64,000 nt of DNA from Perna viridis (taxonomy: Eukaryota). Where the stretch lies: contig CM074524.1 of NCBI GenBank assembly GCA_037379345.1, forward strand, positions 14,318,750 to 14,382,749, written 5' to 3'. The position numbers and the translations under genes were made by a program. The notes beneath the pieces are model-generated. The model did not search any database and was not told the DNA's origin. It saw only the letters and a program-made list of their open reading frames with translations. Shown one piece after another: positions 53,401 through 64,000 of the stretch (position 1 is the first letter of the stretch; each line of letters begins with the position of its first letter).

Positions 53401-56400
53401 ATTATTTATTTCGATTCTAATAGAACAATTAGGGTATTTTTTTAACATTTTCGTGGCCTATTACGGTACCCATATTTGTTCGTATTTGGCTGTACACTTT
53501 AAGCTATGTCAGTTGAAATGGTCCCTCGTGAAACTTAGTGCTTTGTATTATTTATAATGAAGGGAAGGCCGAAAAAACAATATTAGATATGGCAATAGTT
53601 GTTTGCATTGTAAGGTCACAGTTGTCACACATGAATGTGACGAGTGCTACCGTGTACGTGTGTAAAATGATTTTCACGGAACACGATATAACTTTTCTAA
53701 AACATAACGTTTAATATTTGAATTTCTTTTCGTATATGAAATTCCGTTAATATGCAAATTAAGTTCTTTACCTATTCGAGTAGCCCTTTCCGCTTTGATG
53801 ATTTTGCTTGTAGTATTTAAACAAATCGTGAAAGTTTTTTCATTTATGCGACGTTCGTTACGAGATAAGGTTTTATAGGTGTATACATCCCCACCCTTCA
53901 GCTCCCCACCCTACACCCTGAGTCGGTCCAACCAATCCTAGTTTGCTTGTATTGTTGTACATAGGATGTTTTCATATCTAATCACATTTAATCAGCGTTC
54001 AGTGCAGTCCAAATTTACATGAGCCCTTTATTCGCAATGAACGACGGTTTTTTGTGTTATCTATGTGTGCATTATTATAAGAAAACTCGGCAGATTTTTA
54101 GGTCCAGGCAGTTAACGTTTCGTTCTTCTTTATTCAAGTTCTTAATTTTAATCTTACAAGTGCATCAATCATTGTAAATTGTTGAATAAATAGCGATCTT
54201 GTAACGAACGCACAACCCTACACTGTCTTATTTTTTACATTCATAGTAGCCAAGAAAAGATTTATTTTCGGACGAATGCAATGAGGGAGAAAATAATTTC
54301 ATAAAATATGAATTTAATATTCACTCTACTGAAATGAATGAAAACATCTGATACACATCGGAATGTTACGTGTGTTTCTTTACATGATTTAAGGTGGGAG
54401 GTAATAAACACACACTCAAGCTACGCCCAATACAGTCTCTTGCTGCTCATATAGCAATCGAAAATCAACCAAAGTTGTCGTCCCAAAGCCCTTTAAGGAC
54501 TTATTACAATTTGCGATATATTACATACATAAGAGCACTACGAAATGAAAACCCTGAAATATTACTTTTTGTGTACCATAACAATGTCAGTTTATATCTA
54601 ATGCCAAGTAGACTGCTTTTAAAAGACGCAGAAAAACTCAAAAGGACACCATCGAGAATAATAGAATTCTTTATAGCAAGGATTATCTTTTCCGTACATT
54701 GTACATGCATATTTGTAGCTAGATTTAAAGCTGATGTTTTCTTATATAACACGCAACCTTAAGGTACCGATACCAGTGATACTCATTTTAGCCGATAGAT
54801 ATGAATATTTAGTGTAAATTTGTGTAATGCAATTTATATCTTTTCTTTTGAAGAAATACATTTCATATTTTCTGTAAGTCATGATTTTGTCAAATATACG
54901 ACAATGTCATGCACAGAAGCATGTCCCTATTTTCACACTGTTTGTAGTACACTTGGCAAATATTATTTCATTTCTCATCTTACGTCAAAAGCAGCTTTGA
55001 AATATTTTTAGACGCTAAATGCGTATATAAAATGTTACTATATGGAGTTGACCAATTGTTTTTTTCTTACGCATGAAAAAGTATATCTGCATTATATATT
55101 TATGTTACGATTTTTCAAATATACGACAATGTCTAATAAATGTGTCCCTTTTATCACTATATCGACAAAAAATTAAACTAAATTAATTTCTATCAAAATT
55201 TGTAGGGACGATCATACGTTTTTAATCCTGATTAATCTGAATTCAATTTGACATCAGTTTCCCTAGCATGACAATAGACAAATTTGAAAAGGCCAAAAAT
55301 GACAAATAAAAATAAAAATTGTGAGTTTGTCTCTATATTTCTCGTTCTAGGGAAACTAAATACAAATATGGCAACAACGTATATACTTGGTCTCTTGTTC
55401 ATGAATCATTTGGGATTACAGATTCGCCTTTTAATTAAGAATCTTATTTCACAATGCATTCTTCTTTACAAAGACCAATTAAAAATCAGGAAACAACAAT
55501 AGATATCACATAATTGGTCTCGAAATTAGACCTGACATCATATTAAAAACACCTTAAAAAGGGTAATGATTAGCCTTTTCCCCCTATTGTGACCGTAAAT
55601 GAATCAACATGTATTAGGTATTGCTTACACTATTCGGTGAGGGACCCATTAATACTAATTAAGCATTTTAACGTCAGCTGAATAAATGTAATTTTATCTA
55701 AGATTAGGGCGTTGTTAAATGTAAACAATATATCCGTGCATAATGGCTTAAAAATGAAAGTTCATTCAAAATCCTCGACAAGAAAATCGACGGTCATTGT
55801 TCACCATGAACAGACACTGGTCAGGTTTTTTTCATCACAATAATTGAATAATTGCCGGAAGACAATAATGTTGAAGGACATGTTACAGATTTTTTTTACC
55901 CACGAATGATAATTGACAGACCTTGTTAACAATATGCATGTATCTAGCGGAACTTTCTTAACTTTGACAGATGAATTCAGACGTGAATAACCCTAAACAT
56001 GTTACCTATATATATATATTGCTTTTTTCATATAGATACGAAAATGTAGTAATTGGACAACCGATAAACAGAATAGTTACTTCCGATGTTGATACTGACA
56101 ATGCCATGTGGAATATCATTGTCATTACCAAAATTGAAAGTAACTATTAATCAATATATCTGTGCATTGTATATCAAAACAAACATTGATTGGAAATATA
56201 TGTTACATTGTAATTGTCAATTAACAGTAGTAGGTAATTTCATTTGTGTACCTGCATTAGTTTTCTTTGAAAAAGGTCAAATTAACGATTTTGAAATGCT
56301 TTTTTTTTAATGTTTCTTTTTAAGCAAAATAAATCATACATCCATCTGTTTCAATTTTGAAAAGTTTTGTATACCAAAACACCAATTGATTCATTGTCAA

Positions 56401-59384
56401 GTTAAATGTAGCTTGTAGTATCCAGACATCTGAACTTTTTAATGCAAGTCAACAAATATATACATTTTTTTTAAATTTCTGAACAAATTAAATTCGACAA
56501 TAACTTAAATATAGATTTCTCTTTGAATTTTCGCAATTATCACAATACAAAGTCACTAACAACAACTAGAAATAATTATTAAACCAAAGTTTACATGACT
56601 ACACACGGGTCAGTTGCACCGTACTGTTTGGATGGTCTAAACATCCTTTTAATTGAAAACACCACACTGGATGGACGTATCATTCCGACCAAACACGGAG
56701 GATAAGTGAAAAATTCAAGAAAGTATGAATGTAAACCAGAGAACTTGCAATCAATAAAAACAACCAGCACCTGCACTTAAACATATGATATGCCAGTCCC
56801 CCCTTTTTGTGTTAAATGTAAAAAAATGGTGACGTTAATCCAGAAGACATTTCTTTCATGACAATATTCACATATTTCATGACTTAGGTATATATTAAAT
56901 TTTCAAAAAGTCTGGCGTACAAAAAAAATAAATAATTGGTATCTGTGTATGAGAATGATTAAGAGAAAGCTGTTGGTGGTACATTTTAAATGGATGGAAA
57001 TTGACATATAGAATAACCGTACATGAATCGTCCAGACACTGTACAAGTAAATAAAAGAAAATAAAATATCTCAGATCTTTGAGCTAAAGTTTGCAATAAT
57101 ATATTACAAACATAGCAAACAAAACATCAATAAATGCTAAAAACAAAATAAAACAAAAACAAAAAAAAACGGGCATTCAGGTCAGATAATAGTTTATATA
57201 TGACCAATAAAATCGTCAATGTATCTTCCTGTAACTGTCTGTTTTAGGTCGGGGTGAATCTAATTAATTGATGTTCATATCAAATTCTCCCTGACCACAG
57301 TCGAAAATCCCTTATTTGTGTGATGAAAATGAAAATGTAATTAATCAGTTCATAATATATTCACATAAACCCATGGCATGACCTGCAATTGAATGCTGAA
57401 GATGATATGATTGGTCAATTCATAATGTACCCATATTAACCCCTGACATGACCTGTAATGGAACATTGTAGATGATGATATAATTAATTAGTTTATAATG
57501 CACTCACATTAACCCCTGGCATGACCTCCAATGGATTGGATTCTTGGTCAACTATAAAGTATTTAAAAATAAATCCTTGACATGACCTCCAATGGAATGT
57601 TATTGGGAATAGTATTATTGGTCAGCTATAATGTATTCGCATTAACCCCTGACATGACCTCTAACGGAATGTTGTTGGAAATGGTATTATTGGTCAGCTA
57701 TAATGTATTCACATTAAACTCTGACATTATTTAAAATTGAATGTTGTTCACAATGATATAATTGCTCCATTCATGATGTATTCTGACAAACCACTGGCAT
57801 GATCTCTAATTGATAGTTGTTAAATTTTCAGCAAATTGACATTAAATTGAGATTGACATTAAGTAGCTGTCTTTGTAAGAATCATGCAAAATATGACAAA
57901 TGTGATACATCCCCAAAAAGGCTACATATTTTTATTATATTTGTAACTAAGTTGTTTCATGGGTCTATACTATGAAATGTGTAATTATTCATTCAAATCT
58001 GCCTGCTCTTAGGAGATAATCAACATTGAAAATTCAGTAGATTCAATTGTATTTGAGCGTCATTTACAGAGTTATCTCCCTTAATTTTTAAATCTACAGT
58101 GTATTCTATATAATGTTTATCTCTAAAGAGCACGGGTTATATGAAAAACCACATGTTAATTTCTGTTTACTATGACATTTCAAACAAAATAGAAAAAATA
58201 AAAAATATGTAGGCTTTTTACCCATGAATCACATTTTGCATGATTCTTAGCTGGAGTGCTATTTAAAGATAAAGCAGCATTGTAGATTTAATTTCAATTT
58301 AACTGTTATGCAAAATAATATTCAGTAAAGTGAAACCGCCAAACAGTTAAAAATACATATTGTAATCTTTGACTATATTAAAGGTCAATGAAAAAGTCAT
58401 GCCATATCAAAATATTCACATTCTAGCTTCGTGAGATAGGGAGAGAGCATTAACAATAAATTGTTTAATTAAAAAAAATAATTTACAAAATAAAAATACA
58501 TGTACATTAAACAAACTTTGAGATTTAAAATTTATTTTCAAAAGGGAGGTAAAAAAGCCTGTTGTAATGTTAAATTCATAAGTTACAAATATTTATAGTT
58601 TTTTTTTAATGATATAATGTAAGTTGAGAAATTACTGCTTGCATTTTAATTGAGATATAATTATTTTAGAACAAAATAAATATGGAATTCCAATTTTGCA
58701 TTATTGAAAAAAAAATCAATTCATTCTGAAATTATTGCACAAATTTACACATTGATTTAGTAACTTCAGATCAAAATCGATAAAAATACCGATCTTGGTC
58801 CAGTGATGTGTACCAAATCTTATGCACAGATATGCCAATTAAGTGAGATATTAAAGACACTTTCCCATTTAAAACTGTTTTGTTTCAATATAACTTATAA
58901 CAATGATTCTTATGAACATGACACAAGTAGTTATACAGTGTTACTCGCATAGCCTATTTGACAGAAGAAATTAAGCCATTTATAGGAATGTAGAATTAAC
59001 GGAAATTACCATTTTAATGAAAAGTACCTAATGTTTTCATAGTTTAAGTCGGTATGCTCTTCTTTTATGTCTCCTGCCTTTAATGTACAGTAAAGAGAAA
59101 GATAACACGTTTTAAAAAAAAATTCTAAAGACAACTGAGGGATTTCACTAACAATGCAACGTTTTTATACCCATTTAAGTATATTTTTGAGTAAATTCGG
59201 ACAAATGTTTATGTAATTATGGGGAATGTCCCAATTTTTGAACTTACATCATGCAAATAAAAGGAATTATTTTATATGGATAGGAGAGAAGGTTCTTTTG
59301 TGTTTTTGGATTTACAGGAAATGCAATTAACAGGTATATGAACGAGTAGAATACACTGTATCTACAAATAATGCATGTAATATA

Positions 59385-59858
59385 CAGTGAAATCTAACCA
59401 AACCCAATCCAGAATAAACAGAAAACCTTAAATAAGGTTAACAAAAAATACCGAACACTTATCCATTTTTTAATCATGTCAAGTCCAATATAAATCTGGC
59501 AAATTATGTATTACACCATCGGAGCAGCTGGTACTGCGATAGCCGTGACATGGTACAGGCATTCAAACGAAATGGTGGATTAAATCTTCCATTGCGGCGT
59601 GAATAAACCAGTGGTGATTAAATAGCATTTGCATGCTACTGCATCATAATTAGTAACTCAGCGGTCACATGAACACAAAAAAAAGAAAAGAAAAAAAATC
59701 TTTACCCATTAATTCAGTTGAAATCGGGTAAACCTGACACTTTTGGAAGTCCCATTGTGTCCGTCCAAATATATTTTGAACCTGTATGAACTGAACACCT
59801 GTCTAAACCAACCGAATTGTACAGTGCAAAAATGATTAGGTTTAGACAGGTTTCACTG
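59385..59858. mobile_element. MITE, unit 3 copy of 19387-19871
   Basis: Same TIRs; the nested A-tail is shorter. Confidence 0.75.
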
Positions 59859-60443
59859 TACATACATAAAGCCATTTATTGCTCTTTGATAATATGCTTG
59901 AACGTAATTTTTTTATGAACACGTTTAAACGCATTAAAATAAATAAAGTAGATAGATATAAACACTGCAATATGATTACAAACAAAAGAGATTCATTGTA
60001 ACTTTATAATATCAGAATTTGGAATTCTTCACAAATTTAACAGTGGAAGAATTAATCACTGTAATAATCAAAACAATTTTAACCTCTGACCTTAAAAGCA
60101 CTAAGAGCTGGATACCCGTCTGACAGGAAGTTTGCCTGTAATACCGAGTCAGGTTCTTTACTAGTTTTGTATCTTTAATGAAAACAAATGTTTATTTGTT
60201 TGTAGCTCACATCCTAAAGTTTTGTAAAATTATAATTGTAAAATTGTAAAAGGCATGATCATTTAAATATCAATATATTCAACTTGCAGGTCATCATCAA
60301 TGTGAAAAATTCCACTGGTTAAACGATGTTTAACCTTTTTTTACATTTTCTTTTCACGTCTTCTACACGAAAACATTGGATTTCTGACACTTCATTGGGA
60401 CTAGTGCAAAAATATCGGTGCGTCTATAGGATACGAGTGTATA

Positions 60444-60575
60444 TAATCCAAGGCCGAGGCACAAAAAACGATTCCTTCGCAGATATTCCTTTTTACAAAG
60501 TATAAACAAGCTCTACATATGAAAGAGCAACGTACAACAGCTGGCAACAATAACTACCAATAGGTTTCCTTTCAT
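60444..60575 (-). pseudogene. GPCR paralog 5' fragment, unit 3
   Basis: Copy of 20457-20588. Confidence 0.9.
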
Positions 60576-63528
60576 TGTTAATTCTAATATTCAAAATTGT
60601 AATTAAGATTTACTTCTTCAAAATGATCAGCACTAAGATAATATGAACGAACAGTTCATGACAAATATTTAAATCATTTATCATTAATACAGGAAAGATT
60701 CTATATCTATATAAGAAACAATGTTAAATTCTGGATCTGATTGACCACAACAATACGACCTTTTTCAAAGCAGATTACTTTGTCGACATATGATTTTTAA
60801 TGTTCTGATAAAAAGGCAACGGTGCCATAGAATTAAAAAAATATTCCCATGCTTATATTTTTTTGCGTTCCCCAAATTTGATTCACCACCAAAAATATCA
60901 ATGGTTTAAAGACTGCTGACTACCGGTAAATATAAATACACCGAAAAGCACAAACAATATCAAATTAGAGGTATCATGCTGGATGAAAACAGACGGTTGG
61001 AACAAACCTGGAAGCCTAGATCAAATATGATCGAAACATTTGGGAGCTTAGTATCTTTTGTTTTTTTAGTTCTAGTTTCTGTCTTACTTGATTAACTATT
61101 TAAACCTTTTGATAATACAAAAAACTTTTTAGCGCTTTCTCATCACTGACTTAAACGTATTTATCATGAATGACAAGAAGTTTTTTTTCCAGTTTTCTTA
61201 TAATATTTGAAAATGACTAAGCTTTTAACTTAGGTAAAATAACATAAAATCAAACGTGTACTTCTCTATTTCATTCACTCTATTTTAACTCTGACAGTGA
61301 TTCAAACCCTGATCTACTGTTAAAACGGGTCTAACTGCCATAATACTATCAAGGTTCATTGAAGTATGTCTTAGAAAATGCATGTTCTGAATCTGAAAAA
61401 TTTGTTAAACATGACTTTTTCAATTTATATACATGTACCATTTACTTTTTAATCAGCATTTGCTTTGTGATCTCTGATATATTAAATAAAGCAATAAAAT
61501 AAATATGAAAAGCTCTCTGAAATCAGTTATTGTAAGTTTGTAAATATATTAAGAGAATAGATAATTAAACTTTGCAAATTCAGAATAAGAAAAATCTTAA
61601 TGTAATAATTATTGTTTCTTAAGTCCCCAAAGTAACCATATTTAAAGTAAAAGTTAGACTCAGAGTGGTATTTTAACGAGTAATCGAATAAACGTAAAAG
61701 TCCGGTCATTAATTCATTTCTCGAAGGTTGAGCCGGCAAATGTAAGTTTACATTGGACAAACTGACACCCCATTATTTGTTTTCAAAACTCGGAAAATGT
61801 TCATCCCATGTTTCAATTACTAAAAGATGTGACCCCTATAATATACATGACATTGGAAGGGTTTTTACTGAGTTTCAATGCACTATAAAAAAAGACATAA
61901 ATTTTTTCTGTCAGAACTATACTTGAGTGTCAGTATCCGTGTCATAGTGAATTTATGTATAATTTCAATGGTATGCAATGTCAAAACTTTATTTTAGTGC
62001 AAATCTGTTCAAATTTGGAGAAATTATAGCCAATGTTTTATGCATAAAATATTTATAATTCACTCATTTACAGTACAAAAAATGATTGAGCATTTTACAT
62101 TAGCTTCTGAAAAATGTCATAAAGTGCATAAATTTATCTTATTATTCTACTGCCTGATCAGAATATAGTGTTTAACATGAGTGATTGATTGATTATTGGG
62201 GTTTAACGCCCGAACAGCAATATTTTAGTTATATTCAGGCGATGACCGTGAAATGGATGATAAAATGAACATGAAATGATGATGATGATGATGATAAAAT
62301 GAAAAAAAGGATGGGACACAAGGATAATAGGGTCGACAAATTTTGGTTGCCACACTAGAAAACGGGAGGGATGGGTAGGGTCGGGAAATTTAGCCTCTTG
62401 TGGCGGGACCCAAAGGTTCCTACTTCTATTGAATATCACAGTGGGATTCCTTAACGTACCAGAAACGTGACATATTTCCCAACACGGTGCACCACTATGG
62501 TTTTCGGTCAGGTTTTCCGTATTATAGTCTGACATCCCAAGCATGTAATACGCCATGGGTACCCCTTTCCACCGCCTGGGGCACACATCCCAGTTGCTCT
62601 ATGGGGGAACACCCTAGCCTAGGTTCTGAGCACTATTTAGTCGCCTTTTACGACAAGCTAAGCGCTGCTGCAGGCCTATTCTTTTGACACCCGGACCTGC
62701 ACGAGGATAGTTTTGAACAGTACATCTGACGTATTTAAAATTTGTAAATTTGAAATGTCTAACATGTCAAGTATTTTTGCAAAGTTGCAAGTTTTAAAAT
62801 AAGACATGTCCGTTTTACTGTCAAAATTAAATTAAAGTGTCATAGTGGATGAATGTGTATTTTCAATGGTATGTCATATCAAAATTTGAGTTCATACGTT
62901 TTCAAACTGGGAGATAATCTAGCCAAATATTATGTGCTTACAATATTTAACATTCATTTCATTTACATAATTTAAGAGGTGAAATAAGCATTTCACAGCA
63001 GGTCATAAAAATCTCAATTAGCATAAATTTATTTAATTTTTCTATTGCCAGAAAAAATGTGTTAATTTTGAACTTTTCTCTGACTTATTTGATACTTTGT
63101 ATATATGAAATATATGACATTGGAGGCATGTCTTTAAATTTTCAAGGCATTTACAGAGAAATGGCAAAATTATACTTCAGCTGCAGTATTCAATTCATAG
63201 TGAAAACATGTATAATTCAAATGGTTTGACATATAAAATATGAGGTCAAATGTTTATATTTAAGGTCAAATAAGTCACAATTTGAAGAAAATCTAGCCAA
63301 TATCATATGATTACAATAGTGATAATTCATTTCATTTACAGGACAAAGGTTGAATAGGCATTTCTCAGAAGCTGATAAAAAGTCACAAAAATTCAATTAA
63401 AAAATTTCAAAACATTCACTAATTGTTATATCGACTAATTTGGTGTTAAGCTGAATAATTTATCTATTTGAATAACACTCTCTATATTTTAACGACATTA
63501 CATGAGAAGTATTTCTGCCAAACGTCAT

Positions 63529-63813
63529 AGAGTAATCAAGGGAAGCAAGCTTATAGTGGTAATCAAAATAATGTAATCCAGGGACAAAGACCAGACATGG
63601 AAAACAGACATACACAACAAAGAACATAAAGTAACTAAAATCATACATACAAGGTAACAAAAGCAAATGAGCAACTCGGACTCCACTAAAAACTGGGAGC
63701 ATGGACCAGGTGCACCGGTAGGGTAAGCGTCCTTTGCTTTTCTAGAAACATCTGCCGAGTTGCTCATAAAAAGTCAAGTCCGGGGTAGACAAAGAGGAAA
63801 GGAAAACTATGAC
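63529..63813 (-). mobile_element. Penelope-like 3' fragment, unit 3
   Basis: Copy of 23544-23827, with a perfect 13-bp inverted repeat. Confidence 0.8.
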
Positions 63814-63955
63814 CCGTACAAAAGTATGATTAATCTCATGAAAGATCTTGAATGTCCATGAACAGAAGTTTTCAAGGTAAATAAGAGAGTACAGTACCAA
63901 TCTTATTATTCAGCTAATCAAATGTTGTAATCGATCAGCAATTAAATAGATCATT

Positions 63956-64000
63956 ATGTTAACAGTCAACTGCAGAAATCCTATTCTTACAGACGAGAGT
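63956..64000 (+). pseudogene. Start of hAT transposase relic, unit 3 (truncated by window)
   Basis: MLTVNCRNPILTDES, identical to 23970. Confidence 0.8.

Larger units (their letters stand above)
45199..64000. repeat. Tandem segmental duplication, unit 3 (runs off the window)
   Basis: Near-identical to unit 1 at an offset of ~40.0 kb and retains the 898-bp segment. The window end corresponds to unit-1 position ~24014. Confidence 0.95.

Overview
AT-rich eukaryotic genomic DNA; the repeat repertoire suggests a bivalve mollusc, but that is inference. No prokaryotic features are present. The window is dominated by a head-to-tail ~20-kb segmental triplication: ~4501-25555, 25556-45198 and 45199->64000, with units near-identical over most of their length. 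Each unit carries (i) an intronless class-A-like 7TM GPCR gene on the minus strand, (ii) a 5'-only fragment of an older GPCR paralog, (iii) a hAT transposase relic, (iv) a decayed Penelope-like retroelement (Naiad/Chlamys-type, with the N-terminal GIY-YIG region retained only in the first copy), and (v) MITEs, SINE-like inserts and minisatellites. Comparing the copies shows that the real GPCR start is an ATG (MKGNLL..., about 360 aa) and that every copy is disrupted, each by a different set of lesions. The copies are mosaics, with a conversion-like tract, and the truncated paralog ends in a micro-inversion. The most unusual single element is a tRNA-Leu-derived, highly structured, ~1.4-mer permuted repeat sitting inside a (TA)n microsatellite at 6325-6924. 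Most other ORFs in the track are spurious.
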